A stretch of DNA of 64,000 nucleotides, from NCBI GenBank assembly GCA_030390025.1, contig CM059432.1:148182001-148246000 (forward strand). The letters are read 5' to 3'. Numbering within the stretch: the stretch's first letter is position 1; each line of letters starts with the position of its first letter. Source of the DNA: Squalus acanthias. Its lineage: Eukaryota. A program made the translations under genes and the position numbers. The notes under the pieces were generated by a model. It ran no database searches, was not told the origin of the DNA, and saw only the letters and a list, made by a program, of their open reading frames with translations. Of this stretch, positions 23,606-37,257 are shown piece by piece.

Positions 23606-26520
23606 GGCGGTCTAAATATGGTTCTAGAAACTATGCTGTGTGACTATTAGCATACAAATGCTTCACATGTTGCTTTCTCCCACTATTTTAATAGGCAGTT
23701 TTATTTTAAATGGGTTACTACTGGCCCTGTTAAATTAGCAGGCAAAGAAGTTTCACATGAATGCATTCAATGCTTGCACACTCACTTTCACACTCGGTAA
23801 TTTTAAGGCCCTATATTGTTGTCGGCGTCCAGGGGAAAGAAAATTAAAGATATATTCAGTGACCAAACATCCGAGAGGATATTGTTGCAGTATCGTCATC
23901 GACCTAATATCTGCTTCTCGGTTCCCGATCTTGCTTCTGCTCGCTTGCACGTTTCTCCTGCCAGATAGAGAAAGGTGCGAGCAAGCAGAAACAAACTCCT
24001 ATCTCTCCAGTGATTCAGAGGGGAAGATGAGGAAGAAGCCAGCTCCAGCTCCCAGTAAGAGAGAACATGCCGAGTGTTTAGAGGAGGAGCAGGCTGAGCT
24101 ACTGGGGAGATGTACAGACGCCGTGTTTCAGATATGCAGAATCTGATTCTTGGCATTCATCAAAGCACACAGCAAGAGTACCAGATTGTCACTGTGCCTA
24201 CCTCTATATGCTTGTTACAGTATCAAGTAATCGGGTAAAATAAAATTGTGCTGCATTTTGTAGATGGTCTAAATCAACTATTACTGGTCCAGTAATTTCT
24301 GGTAAGCATTTTGATAGCATTTCTCCACAATTGGTTAATTTTAGGTGTTCAGATTCCCTCTGATGAAAATTCAGTGGGGATTTGGGGTTTCTGGTTAGTA
24401 CAAAGAAATAATGATGTGGATAGTAATTGTCTAAGTTACAGTGTAATTCAAGGAATTTGTAGAACACTTAAAACCAACCTCATCTACTGTGGCACTCCAA
24501 TTACATCAAAAGCATGATGAGTTTCTTTAACACATTCAGTTAGAATGTTGATGCCACAAATGCAAGTGTAATATCAGTAGGATTAATTGTTGTTAATGAA
24601 ATGCTAGTTGACTAAAAGTAATATAAAAATTATCATTCACAGATTATTTCATAATTAGTGACTAGCACATTGCTCGTCCTCTTTGCTCAGTGTTAAACTG
24701 CCTTTCATTCGACTAGAAAATGTCCATAGCTCCTTGTCTGTTGCCTGGCCATTGTACTTCTGGACTAATCACCACAGATTCATATTTTCCAAACTGAATT
24801 AAACACAGCCATAATGGATCACTGCACTATAACAAAAGTGCCAATTAAATATTGGACCAGGGATGAATCTGACGAAAATAAGGCAAGCTACCATTTTTCT
24901 GCATCTTTTTTTTTGGTGCTGAGAATGTATAATGTGAATTACATTTGAAGTATGGTTCAGTCGCTCTGTTAGACGCAAATCTCACATGCTCCATGATGTA
25001 ATCGGTGAATAATATTTGGATTTAAAGGCAATGCGAGACATTTAAAAACTATCCACATTGTTTGCACGGGAGGGACAATTTTGCAAGGCTTTGCACTTGC
25101 TGGGTGGGAGTGGGGATTGGAGAGAGGACTCTAACACTGCAGAGCCAATTCTCTAGCCCCTGCTTCCATCTGGCAAGGCTCCATGCCAGAAGCACAGCCT
25201 CATAAAATTACCCCTAGCATTATAACAGGAGAAATGGCAATCTGCCCATTTTTGCTTTAATTTATTTTAATGAATTACCTGAAACAAAGCAAGACATCTT
25301 CTACATGCTTACAGTAAAGGAATGAGAACCCAGAGGCATTTAAGACATGTCAAAATACCTCAGAAACATAAAATGGAGCACATATGGCTCTCCCACAGCT
25401 TAGAATCCTCATTTTTAATTTTAATTCACATTCATAACTAGATTTCCAGCACCATCTTAAAAGGCACTGAATGCAGAAGCATTGAAAAATATTATTTAGA
25501 AAGACTTTAACAAAAAAGCAATACATTATATCGATGATTTTACTTGGTACGAATAAAATAAACACAAGTTTGCTTCACTGGTAATTATAATTATTCGAAA
25601 GCTCTCAAACTTGCTGAAAGGAAGAATCATGACACAAACGATCCATAGGGACAGCCTCTGCGAGAAGCAACACATCAACCACAATAGCTCTCAAGTCTGC
25701 CCCAAGAATCCTGCCAGGCTGTCAGAGGACTCCAAGGAGAAGGCCTGACTGCCATCATCCTTGAGCTGCATGAAGGAAAGTGCCTGGCTTCAGACCAGTG
25801 TAGTTACCAGATTGACAACAGAGCCAACCTGCCCAGCCAACTAGATTAGTGTGATTCACTGTAAAACAGACTGCACACTATCCAAGAATTGTCAGAGCCC
25901 CTGAGCCTTTAGAGTATTCACTCTGTCGGGCTGTCTTAAAGTGTGGAATGGGAGAGGGTTGAAGGCATGGCTCCTGGCCCTTTCATGGATGTGTCGTCTC
26001 ATGGTTTTTTTTTTAAACCGCATGAAAAGAAGTGTTTGGACCAACATATTTGGGAAAGAAGAAGAATCAGAAAGGCCGTGCGTAATTTTTATATCAGGTT
26101 GTTGCACACGGGAGGCGTGTTCCAACTTTTGCGGACAGACAACTTTTTCATGCAATGGTGCCTCTTTAAAGCCTGCTGCATTGAGCTAATGGTGAAGGAC
26201 CAAACATTCTGAAATGTAGTTTGTCACTGGCAGCTGCATCACATTAGCTGTGATTGGTATTATCTACTGAATGATATGATAACATTAGGTCTCATCAGTT
26301 CTTCCCACTGACAACATCATATGGTAGGGCTATTCCTTTCTGGAGCCGATAGTTATCTTCAGTGATACATGTCCACCATTGTCTATTCTTCATATCCCTT
26401 TATTGCGGCCCAACTTCAAACATATCAATTGCTTAACATTACTGAGGTCCTTTCCGACGTTTGGAAAGATTATTTTTGTGTTTTTTTGGTTTCTCCATCC
26501 TCTTGAGGTAGCAAGCTCCG

Positions 26521-27205
26521 ATAAGAACATAAGAACATAAGACGTAGGACCAGGAGGAGGTCATTTGGCCCCTCGAGCCTGCTCTGCCATTCAATAAGAT
26601 CATGGCTGATCTGATCTTGGCCTCAACTCCACTTCCCTGCCCACTCCCCATAACCCTTGACTCCCTTATCGTTCAAAAATCTGTCTATCTCCACCTTAAA
26701 TATATTCAATGACCCAGCCTCCACAGCTCTCTGGGGAAGTGAATTCCAAAGATTCACGATCCGCTGAGAGAAGAAATTCCTCCTCATTTCCGATTTAAAA
26801 GGGTGCCCCCTTATTCTGAAATTATGCCCCCTAGTTCTAGATTCCCCCACGAGGGGAAACATCCTCTCTGCATCTACCCTGTCAAGCTCCTTCAGAGTCT
26901 TATATATTTCAATAAGATCCCCTCTCATTCTTCTAAACTCCAATGAGTATAGGCCCAACCTGCTCAACCTTTCTTCATAAGACAACCCCTTCATCTCAGG
27001 AATCAACCTTGTGAACCTTCTCTGAACTGCCTCCAATGCAAGTATATTCTTCCTTAAATAAGGAGACCAAAACTGTACAGTTGTAACCGGACTTCCCTAC
27101 TTTTATGCTCCAACCCCCTTGCAATAAAGGCCAACATTCCATTTGCCTTCCTAATTACTTGCTGTACCTGCATGCTAACTTTTTGTGATTCATGTACAAG
27201 GACAC
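26521..27205 (-). mobile_element. Young CR1 3' end with internal deletion
   Basis: ORF 26623-27036; near-identical to the reverse complement of 46730-47285. Confidence 0.93.
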
Positions 27206-27399
27206 ATGATCTTGTGAGCTACTTCATCTCCAAGTCCAGTCAATGCTGTGTGCATGGACCACGTTTTGAATGAAATTGATGAGAAGTTCCTCCTTTTATC
27301 AGATCAGTGTGCCTGTGTGTTTTTTCAGCAGCCAATTGCTAACCCAATGAAAACAGCTAACCTTCAAGACTCTGCTCCCTCTGTTGGATGCATATGTAA

Positions 27400-28890
27400 C
27401 TACACAATATGTGGTAACGGCACTTAGAAAATCGTAATATGATTAGACAGTCAACATGGTTTTATGAAAGGGAAATCGTGTTTCACAAATCAGTTTTTTT
27501 GAAGATGTAACTAGTAGGATGGATAAGGGGGAACCAGTGGATGTGGTGTATTTGGATTTTCAAAAAGCATTCGATAAGGTGCCACACAAGAGGTTATTAC
27601 ACAAAATTAGGACTCATGGGATTGGGGGTAATATACTAGCATGGATTGAGGATTGGTTAATGGACAGAAAACAGAGAGTAGGAATAAACGGAACTTTTTC
27701 AGGTTGGCAGGCTGTGACTAGTGGGGTGCTGCAAGGATCAGTGCTTGGGCCTCAGCTATTTACAATCTATATTAATGACTTAGATGAAGGGACTGAGTGT
27801 AACGTATCCAAGTTTGCTGATAGTACAAAGTTAGGTGGGAAAGTAAGCTGTGAGGAGGACGCAAAGAGGCTGCAGAGAGATAGAGACAGGTTAACTGAGT
27901 GGGCAAGAACTTGGCAAATGGAATACAATGTGGGGAAGTGTGAAGTTATCCACTTTGGTAGGAAAAACAAAAAAGCAGAATATTTTTTGAATGGTGAGAG
28001 ACTGGGATATGTTTGCATTCAGAGGGACCTGGGTGTCCTTGTACACGAATCACAGAAAGTTAACATGCAGCTACAGCAAGCAATTAGGAAAGCAAATGGT
28101 ATATTAGCTTTTGTAACAAAGGGATTAGAGTATAAGTGTAAAGGGGGGAAAAATTGGGTAAGGCCCATTTTGGGGCGCTAACTCCGCCGGGGCACTAATT
28201 TTAGCGCCCCAGAAAAGTTAGCACCCCTACCATGTAAATTGAGTAGTAGCGCCCCAAGAAGGAGGTGGGGGGTTACTGGAAGCGCTCCACCTCCTTCCTG
28301 GGGCGTTACTACTCAATGTTGCGGTGCTACGTGCTGCCGCGCCACTGATTAAAGGGGAGGGGCTGAGCGCTGCGCGTACCGGGGCCCTGCTGGACCATCG
28401 GGAGCGGGGTGCCGTGGAAACAGCCTGGCACTCAAGAGGAGCGATGGAAATAATAATGGCCGCCCGACACCTGCCCTTTAAATTGCGCCGCCGCCCGCTA
28501 CTGCCGCTGCCACACCGCCCCCTGATCCTGTCGCAACTAGCGCCCGGCGATAGGTCAGGGGGCGTAAGGGTAGTTTGCGTCCGGGACGCAAACGGGGCGC
28601 TGCGCACAGCGATGACGTCATCGTCGCCGGCGCAGTGGAGCGGGGTGCTACCGACCACCACCGCAGCTAACCTCCCGCTGAATTTCGCGGGAGGCGTTAG
28701 CGGCACCACGCCCGGGCGCTCTGGCATTTACGCCCCGTTAGCGCCCCCCAGAGAGCCGTGGAAGCTCAGTCGTTGAGTATATTCAAGACAGAGGTCGATA
28801 AATTTTTGGGAACTAAGGGTAAATTAGTGGATATGGGGATAGTGCGGGAAGGTGGAGTTGAGGTAGAAGATCAGCCATGATCTTGTTGAA
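27400..28890 (+). mobile_element. CR1 RT region plus 3' end, interrupted by a MITE and a deletion
   Basis: YLDFQKAFDKVPH, QGSVLGP; 3' part resumes at 28747. Confidence 0.9.
28143..28749 (+). mobile_element. Harbinger MITE related to copy 2, right end deleted
   Basis: Start ggggggaaaaattgggt matches the copy 2 TIR; shares ttaaaggggagg and gatgacgtca blocks. Confidence 0.82.
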
Positions 28891-28997
28891 TGTCCCTGCG
28901 ATCTTGATTTGTTACTTTTGACAGCACCTTAAAGTTAAAGTTAAACTTTAATTAATGAGAAAAGCAAATAATAACCAATAGAAGATGACATAGGTGC

Positions 28998-29122
28998 TAG
29001 CTATGGCTCAGTGGTTTATGCCCCACTCCAGTGACTTGAGTACATAGTCTAGGCTGACACACCAGTGTAGCAGAGAGAGTCCTGCACTGTCACAGATGTC
29101 TTAATTCAGATGGGATGTTAAA
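28998..29122 (+). mobile_element. Partial DeuSINE
   Basis: tggctcagtgg, ctaggctgacac, ctgcactgtc as in the 55564 copy. Confidence 0.65.
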
Positions 29123-29146
29123 TGTGTTAAATCCACACAACTCCCA

Positions 29147-29568
29147 GGGGACGGAATTTCAATTTAAATATTATAATGAGGCTGGAAGCCTCTTTTTTAA
29201 CCTCCATTTTGGTTTTAACTGCATGTGGACGGGTTTAACACAATTCGTAAAACCCGGCAGTTAAAGCAAGATGGGGACTGCTGGATCCAGGAGGTAAGTG
29301 GCTTTATACCCACCTCCTGGATCCAGGGTCACTGCCTAACCGACCCCTGCGATCGGAGACCCAATCACAAGGCCTCCAATCACCTCCACAGGCTTCCCCC
29401 ACCCCCCAAACTAGGCCTCCCCCCTCCCCAGCGATGATGCTGAGGACGGCCACCATCCTGCGGTGGCCGGCCCTGATCCTCTTTCCCACCCCCGCACCCC
29501 CATTTCTGCCCCACCCCCCACCCCCCCTCGCCGCCCCCCAACCCGCCTTCCTCCAGAAAATTCCGGCC
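29147..29568. mobile_element. Non-autonomous TIR element
   Basis: Imperfect TIR ggacggaattt/aaattccggcc. Confidence 0.65.
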
Positions 29569-29689
29569 ATAGTGTTTAAAACATAAGAACATAAGAAATA
29601 AGAGCTGGAATAGGCCATTTGGCCTTTCGAGACACTTCTGAAGTTTTAGCACAACGTGAATTTTGTTAGTGTTAATGAATGCCTTGATT

Positions 29690-29925
29690 ATCTCTTAATG
29701 TCTCTCAATGTCTCTTAATCTCTCTTGCTTTCTATCCCACCACTGACCTTCCCTTTCGCTCTTTCATCCCCTCCCCCTTTTCCCAGCTTTATATTTGCTT
29801 TAAATCTATTTCATTTCCTGCTTTTTTCCAGTTCTGACGAAAGGTCTTCGACCTGAAACGTTAACTCTGTTTCTCTCGCCACGGATGCTGCCTGGCCTGC
29901 TGAGTTTTTCCAGCGTTTTCTGTTA
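29690..29925 (+). mobile_element. Penelope-like family B 3' UTR
   Basis: Homologous to 61070-61285. Confidence 0.82.
29830..29866 (+). ncRNA. Minimal type I hammerhead ribozyme motif (family B)
   Basis: agtt CTGACGA a AGGTC ttc GACCT GAA ACGT T aact. Confidence 0.75.
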
Positions 29926-30588
29926 CCTCCTGTAATAATGCTGCTTTCACATCTCTCAAGCAATGAAGTTGACAGTAAAATAGTATAAGTATCAAATATT
30001 TCATCCTTTCAGCCTTGGAGTGTCAAAGCTTTGGCGTAGTGGAGTGGACAAGTGGTGAAATCTATTTTACAGGCTGGGAGATTGACATCCTGATTGACAG
30101 CATGCTTATACAACTCATCCAAACTTTCAATTTGAGGGTGGCTAACAAATCTGTACCAGGTGAAAAAGCCTGGCAGTACCTCACAAACCAGGTCAATTCA
30201 GGGTCAATCACGGCAAGGAACTGGGAATAGGTGCATAAGAGGTTCGATGGGGGAAAGATTCGGTGTCGCCCATTTCGGGGCACTAACATCGCCTGGGCGC
30301 TAACTTTAGCGCCGGTGACCATGAAATTGCCTTTTCGCGCCCCAAGAGGGGAGTGGAGCGCTAAATCAAGCGCTGCACACTTCTCTTCAGACGCTAACGT
30401 CGCAGAGCAGGGCGCTACCTTCAGAGCGCTAATCAAGTTCCGGCGCTGTCAGTTAGAGAGTCCTCAGACAGACTGGCGCCTTCCAGTTCTTAAAGGGGAG
30501 GGTCAATCATGCTGCACAGCCTCGCCCTGATCATTGCTGCTTGTGACCTGGGCCTGCAAGGAGCTGCAAGCCTTCATTCAAGCAACTG

Positions 30589-32478
30589 ATGGTTGATCAG
30601 AGGCCCAGAGAGAGAGAGAGCCAGTTCAGCAACCACGCCTTGGAACACCGATGGGCAGTGGTCTTCCCGGACACTGGCACGAGGCCATTGCCACAGGCCT
30701 TTAGGAGGATGTGGAGGGAGATCGACCAGGACATGTCGGCCAGAAGTGTGGTCCCCAGAACTCTCACCCAGTGCCGGAAGAAATTCAACGACCTCACTCG
30801 GGTGGTCAGGGTGAGTAGATGCTTCAAATACCTCTACATGCCACCATCTCAACCTCACTCTGTGCACACACAGTATAAACCGCCACATCCCCAACACTCA
30901 CCCACCAACTATGCCCACCTACTAAAAGTGACATGAACATCTCACGCCTTGCATACATTAACAGCCATTCAACTATGGTAGGCACATATGCCAAACACAT
31001 AGCTGCACACTCACTCACACGCTTTCCTTTTTCTTGCAGGCCGAGCTTGCTCACAACAGGAGGGAGCAGGTACGAATGGGAGGAGGTGAGGTGGACCTGC
31101 ACCCACCCTTACAGACCTGGAGGAGTGAGTGGGCCGCATCATTGCAGCCCAGGTCGTGGGCGCTGTGGCCGTCGGAGACCTCGGCCCCCTTGGGGACAAC
31201 AACGGTATGTTCATCACCTCTCCCTCTTCTCTCATCCCACTTCCCCCTCACACCACAAGCCTTTCCCACTTTCCATCTAACTATACTGTCTCCATTCCTT
31301 GCTCCCTTCCTGCCCCCCCCCCCTGACCTTAACCCCACTCTTGTGCCTTTATGCTTTCAGATAATCAGCTACCATCTGACCAGCCTGTCCCTCAGCCTCC
31401 CAGTGGCAGCGACATGGGAGAGGAGGAGGAAGAACAAGCCAGAGTCTCACTGCCTGTGTCTCCCGAAGGCGCTGGGTCCGATAATGTGGTGATGTGGTCA
31501 CTGGAGGGGAGCCTAGTACATGGGTCTGATGTGGGTGAAGCTCCGGGACCCAGCGAACTGCAGCAATGCCACGGGGAAAGGGAAGCTCGGGGGCCATCTC
31601 CCCGGAGGGTGAGTGTGCGAGCGAGCTCTGCTGCACAGGACTCAGATGAGGACCTCGATGTAGAGGCGAGGAATGGACTGGCAATGGGCATGCACACCGA
31701 GCTCATGGGTGCAATGGCAAGGGTGCCCGAGAGCATGGATGCACTGGCAAGCAGCGTGGAGGAGTCCACCTCCATCATTGCACTCAGCTGTGCTCACACC
31801 ATCGAGCCCATCCTTGGCAGTTTGCAAAGGATGGTCGCCTCGCAGAGACACCATGGGGACCCAGGCCTCATGCCGCGTGTCATGGGTGAGATGGCAGCAG
31901 CTATTGCAGCACAGGCCGAAGCAACGCAACGGCTTAGTGCTGTAATGGAGTCAGTGGTTGGTGCCATCCAGTCTCAGACTGCTCTGATGCAGTCTCAGGT
32001 TGATGCCACGCAAGTGCTGACTGCTGCCATCCTCGCTGGGTCACCCACAGTCCACCGGGGGTCTGACGGTACCGCAGCAGGCCAGCAATCTGTGCTCGAG
32101 CAGATTGCTCCGGATGCTGAGGTTCTGCCCCGGGGGACTGGCAGTGTGTCAGTCAAGCAGGAAGGTGCTGTCCTGTCTCAGGATGACAGCATTCCCGCTC
32201 CCACCACTGCCACTCCACCATTGCACTTGCCGCAGCCTGTAACCCAGCCAGCCCAGACTGCTGCCACCCATGCTGAGTTGGCGCAGTCTGCAGCCGGGCC
32301 CTCCAGGCCCAGAGCTGGTCGAGGGCGTCCTGCAAGGCCATCTGCAGTCTCTGGCTCCCAGACTCAGCAGCCTTCCGCCAGCCTTGCTGCAGACACTGGG
32401 GCCACATTACGGAGGAGCAGTAGGGTTGGGAGGGGGGAAGTGCAAAGGGGAGGGAAATCATTGAAGAAGGGGGAGTAA
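30589..32478 (+). pseudogene. Myb/SANT-like gene, exons 30589-30810, 31040-31204, 31361-32478
   Basis: QCRKKFNDLTRVVR|gtgagt; cag and gtatgt splice sites; exon 2 frameshifted; exon 3 open for ~372 codons. Confidence 0.88.
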
Positions 32479-32485
32479 AAAATAC

Positions 32486-32520
32486 TTTATTAGCAAATGG
32501 GGGTAGTGTGTGTTAATAAA
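32486..32520. terminator. Putative bidirectional polyadenylation signals between the convergent genes
   Basis: tttatt 32486-32491 (- strand) and aataaa 32515-32520 (+ strand). Confidence 0.45.
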
Positions 32521-32719
32521 TTGATGTGTTTGTAAATATATTGTTGTATTTCTTTATGAATAGTTGTGTTTCATAACAGAGAGTTGTGTTTGATATTAAA
32601 TTGTCCATGTGACGATCCACATTTTGTGATTTTTCTCATTTGACCTTTGCCCGGTGATAGGGGCTGTGAGCTGGATGTAATGATGTGGTTCTGCTCCGCA
32701 AACGCCATGTGATATATCA

Positions 32720-35421
32720 TTGATTGGAAGCGCTGTCTAATGAGGCGCTCACGAACGGCCCTTGCAGAAACAAGATTGAGTGGCTCCCTCCTCCATTGCT
32801 GCTGCTCCTCATCCTCTTCCTCCTCTCCTTCTTCCTCCTCCTGAGGTGGACCTGCAATCCCTGGTGGCAATGGCTGGGCCCTCAGAATGGCCAGGTTGTG
32901 CAGCATGCAGCACACAACGATGAAAAGGGAGACTCGATCAGGGGAGTACTGCAGGGCTCCTCCAGAGTGGTCAAGGCAGCGGAACCATTGCTTTAGCACC
33001 CCGATAGTCTGTTCGATCAGGTTCCTGGTGGCACTATGGCTGTCATTGTATGCATGCTGAGCAGGAGTGTTGGGGTTGCGGAGGGGTGTCACCAGCCAGG
33101 TGGTGAGTGGATAACCCTCGTCTCCGAGCAGCCAACCGCAAGCTTCATGTGGTGGGTGGAACAGTGCTGGGACTCCGGTGTGTCGCAGGATGAATGCATC
33201 GTGGCTGCTGCCAGGATAGCGGGCATTGACGGTGAGGATGCGCTGTGTGGTCGCACAACAACTGAATGTTCAGAGAGTGGTAGCCTTTGTGGTTACGGAA
33301 CACCTCTGCATTGTGATGAGGTGCCCGCAGCTATCCTGGCAGCAGGGAAATGGTGTTAGGGAAATTGACGGCATTAAAGGCCGATAAATCTCCAGGGCCT
33401 GATAATCTACATCCTAGGTTACTTAAGGAAGTGGCCCTAGAAATAGTAGATGCATTGCTGGTCATCTTCCAAAATTCTATAGACTCTGGAACAGTTCCCA
33501 TGGATTGGAGGGTAGCTAATGTTACCCCACTGTTCAAAAAAGGTGGTAAAGAAAAAACGGGGAATTATAGCCTGACATCGGTTGTGGGGAAAATGCTAGA
33601 GTCCATTATAAAAGATGTAATAGCAGAGCACTTGGAAAACAGTGACAGGATTGGACAAAGTCAACATGGATTTACAAAAGGTAAATCGTGCTTGACTAAT
33701 CTACTGGAATTTTTTGAGGATGTAACTGGTAAAATAGATAAGGGAGAACCAGTGGATGTGGTGTATTTGGACTTTCAGAAGGCTTTCGATAAGGTCCCGC
33801 ATAAGAGATTAGCGTGTAAAGTTAAGGCACATGGGATTGGGGGCAAGGTACTGACTTGGATAGAGAACTGGTTGGCAGACAGGAAGCAAAGAGTTGGAAT
33901 AAACGGGTCTTTTTCCGAATGGCAGGCAGTGACTAGTGGGGTTTCCGCAGGGATCGGTCCTAGGACCCCAGCTATTCACTATATATATTAATGATCTAGA
34001 TGAGGGAACTAGATGTAATATCTCCAAGTTTGCAGATGACACAAAGCTGGGTGGGCATGTGTGCTGCGAGGAGGATGCCGAGAAACTCCAGTATGATTTG
34101 GACAGGTTGGGTGATTGGGCAGAAGCCTGGCAGATGCAGTATAATGTGGATAAATGCGAGGTTATCCACTTTGGTGGCAAAAACAGAAAGGCAGATTATT
34201 ATCTGAATGGCAATAGATCGGGAGAAGGGGAAGTGCAACGATACCTGGGTGTCCTTGTGCACCAGTTGCTGAAGGTAAGCATGCAGGTACAGCAGGCGGT
34301 TAAGAAGGCAAATGGTATGTTGGCCTTCGTAGCGAGAGGGTTTGAGTACAGGAACAAGGATGTCTTGCTGCAGCTGTACAGGACCTTGGTGAGACCACAC
34401 CTTGAGTATTGTGTGCAGTTTTGGTCGCCTTATCTGAGGAAGGATGTTCTTGCCATGGAGGGTGTGCAGCGAAGATTCACCAGACTGATACCTGGGATGG
34501 CAGGAATGACGTACGAGGAGAGATTGGGTCGATTGGGCTTATACTCGCTGGAGTTTAGAAGAATGAGAGGAGATCTCATAGAAACTTATAAAATTCTAAC
34601 AGGGCTAGACAGACTGAATGCAGGAAGGATGTTCCCGATGGCGGGGGAGTCCAGAACAAGAGGTCACAGTCTAAAGATAAGGGGTAAGCCATTTAGGACT
34701 GAGATGAGGAGGAATTTCTTCACCCAGAGAGTAGTGAACCTGTGGAATTCTCTACCACAGAAGGCAGTTGAGGCCAAGTCAGTAAATATATTCAAGAAGG
34801 AGTTAGATACATTTCTTAAGGCTAAAGGGATCAAGGGATATGGGGAGAAGGCAGGGACAGGGTACTGAATTTGGATGAACAGCCATGAGCTCATCGAATG
34901 GCAGAGCAGGCTCGAGGGGCCGAATGGCCTACTCCTGCTCCTATCTTCTATGTTTCTATGTTTCTATGTTTCATGGGAAATGAGATGTACTCCCTTCTCC
35001 TTCTGTAGAGAGCGTCTGTTACCTCCCGGATGCAGCAATGGACGGCGAACTGCGAAATGTTTGCAATATCCCCTGTTGAAGCCTGGAAAGTGCTACTGGC
35101 ATAGAAACTGAGAGCAACTGTGACCTTCACTGCCACTGAGAGAGACGTCCTGGTCCTGAGCTGAGGCTGGAGGTCTGGCTACAGGAGGTGGCAGAGCTCT
35201 GTGACCACCTCCTTTCTGAAGCAGAGCCTTCTAAGGCACTGCTCCTCTGAGAGATGAATGTAGGAGAAGTGCTCCCAGAATACCCTGAGAGGGTAAGGCC
35301 TCCTGTTGAGAGCCATGTTGGCCCTCCTTCCTCTGGCCACGTTTTGCAATCTTTCTTTCTGCCTCCACTGCCTCGGACGGTGACGCTGGAGGGCGAGGTC
35401 CAGTGCCAGTACAGCCCCCAT
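32720..35421 (-). pseudogene. Harbinger transposase of copy 2, split by a CR1 insertion
   Basis: RRLCFRKEVVTELC, AVKVTVALSFYAS, ARYPGSSHDAFIL, GDEGYP, IEQTIGVLKQ, CCMLHN. Confidence 0.92.
33353..34974 (+). mobile_element. Young 5'-truncated CR1, RT nearly open (one frameshift near 33940)
   Basis: ORFs 33350-33991 and 33936-34868 with FADD; (tttctatg)n tail; probable TSD gggaaatg. Confidence 0.95.
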
Positions 35422-35599
35422 TAAATGATGGAAATGTTGCACTATCAAATGTAACCCAGATGAAAGTGCTAAATTTTTCTCAGCCAGAATATTCCTTCAA
35501 GTTGAAAACGGTCAAATGGGTCAAAACACCTGTCTGCTTGTGTCAAACTGACAAGGCAGCATAGTTTGCTGACCAAAAAAAACCCCAGAAGTTGACGCC

Positions 35600-35737
35600 T
35601 TTATATAGCACTCCTCCAGCGCTCATCCGACTGCAAACCGCCTCCTCTACCTGTTGTTGCCAACGGCAGACGCTCAGCTCAGGCAGGGGGCGAGAGTGAA
35701 TTTCTGAGCCGGGGCGCTGTGCACCCCGATGACGTCA
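35600..35737 (-). promoter_or_regulatory. Putative transposase promoter (TATA plus CRE)
   Basis: tatataaa on - strand at 35607-35600; TGACGTCA at 35730-35737, also kept in the MITE at 28613. Confidence 0.45.
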
Positions 35738-36827
35738 CGATCTCCGGGCGCAGGAGAGCGTGACGCTAGTAGGTTACTGCCACCGCAACCTCCAGCTCAA
35801 TCTCGCGGCCGTCGGTACTATCGCCGCGCCCGGTCGCAAAGCCGGTAGCGCCCTGTTGACGCCCCCGGAGGCGTTAACGGGAGGCGCAATGGCACCCAAT
35901 TTCTCCCCCTATAACCTTTAGGACACAAATGTTCCCAATGATACTTTAGACACTTTGTGATCCAAGATCCAACAACCAGTCAACTTGCTTCAAAGTTGCT
36001 TACTGACAAACACAGGGATGAGTTGAAAGACTTTGTTGAGGCCTATTGTTGAATTCTCAGATGGATCATTAATGAATACATAGCAGTAGTATAAATAGAG
36101 AAGCACGTAAGCTGTTGCATGACAGTAACATCAGTAGTAATTCTGGCCCATTATGTAACAAGTAGTTGATGGCATTGTCTCACAAAACAATGGTATCTGA
36201 GGTTCATAGCACAGAGCATTCCTGATACTGATGCAGTTGTATTAGGGTTAGTTGCAATTCAAAGTAGCCTGCCTTCTGAATCCCCAGACAGCTTGCCAGA
36301 TGTTTGAGCACTGCTACCACCTTAGTTAGGGGTACACTTAACAGTAGAGTAAGTAGGCTAAGCAGTACACAGAATTTCACAAGCCATAAAGAGTACATTA
36401 AGACACTTTAGAAAAACACATTACACTCGCATCACACACACTGTAAAAATACAGGCACTCATTCACTAAATAGAAATTATGTCACTTGTAATATATCTCG
36501 CATTCTGTCATTCTTTTTACTGTGTTGAAAAGAAAGCATAATTTTACCTAAAGTAGACTGAAGTGAACAGATTGTATTTATGAGGCACAATTAAACAGAC
36601 AAAGCAGCTGGCAGGTTCCTGATTACAAATATGTGGATTAGAAAGCTGCAGCAGGTAACTGCAGAACTTACTGGATTCAACGGCCAATGATTATATTTTG
36701 CATCCATCTTTCTGGCTGCAGTGACTCCCCTAATGCTGGTGACTGCTAAATGCCAGTGTCATTCTGCTGTGCCATGCCCTGTCGCTACTCCTATAGCGAG
36801 ATATCTGTCCATGGTAACTGAACGCAC

Positions 36828-37257
36828 CATAGAATCATAGAATCATAGAATAGTACAGCACAGGAAGGAGGCCATTCGGCCCATCGAGTCTGCGCCAGCT
36901 CTTTCGAAGAGCGATCCAGTTAGTCCCACTCCCTCGCTCGTTCCCTATAATACCTTCCAATTTTTCTCCTGCAAGTATTTATTCAATTCCCTTTTGAAGG
37001 CTGCTATTGATTCTGTATCCGTCACCCTATTATGCAGCGCATTCCAAATCCTAGCCACCCGTTTCCTCCTGTCGCCTCTGGTTCTTCTGCCAGTCACCTT
37101 AAATCTGAGCCCTCCGGTTATCGACCCTTCAGCCATTGGAAACAGTTTCTCTTTATTTACCCCATCTAAATCCTTCATGATTTTGAACACCTCTATTAAA
37201 TCTCCTCTTGGCCTTCTTTGCTCTAAGGAGAACAATCCCAGCTTCTCCAGTCTCCAG
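36828..37257 (-). mobile_element. CR1 3' end
   Basis: [24 protein letters not shown]; (attctatg)n tail. Confidence 0.88.

Larger units (their letters stand above)
30249..35909. mobile_element. PIF/Harbinger copy 2, both ends present (Myb +, transposase -)
   Basis: TIR gggggaaagattcggtgtc / ggcacccaatttctccccc; 3-bp flanks gat/tat. Confidence 0.92.

Noticed and set aside
28227..28776. Long GC-rich ORFs or a CpG-island gene
   Set aside because: They lie in a MITE; stop-poor because of GC content; no recognisable domain
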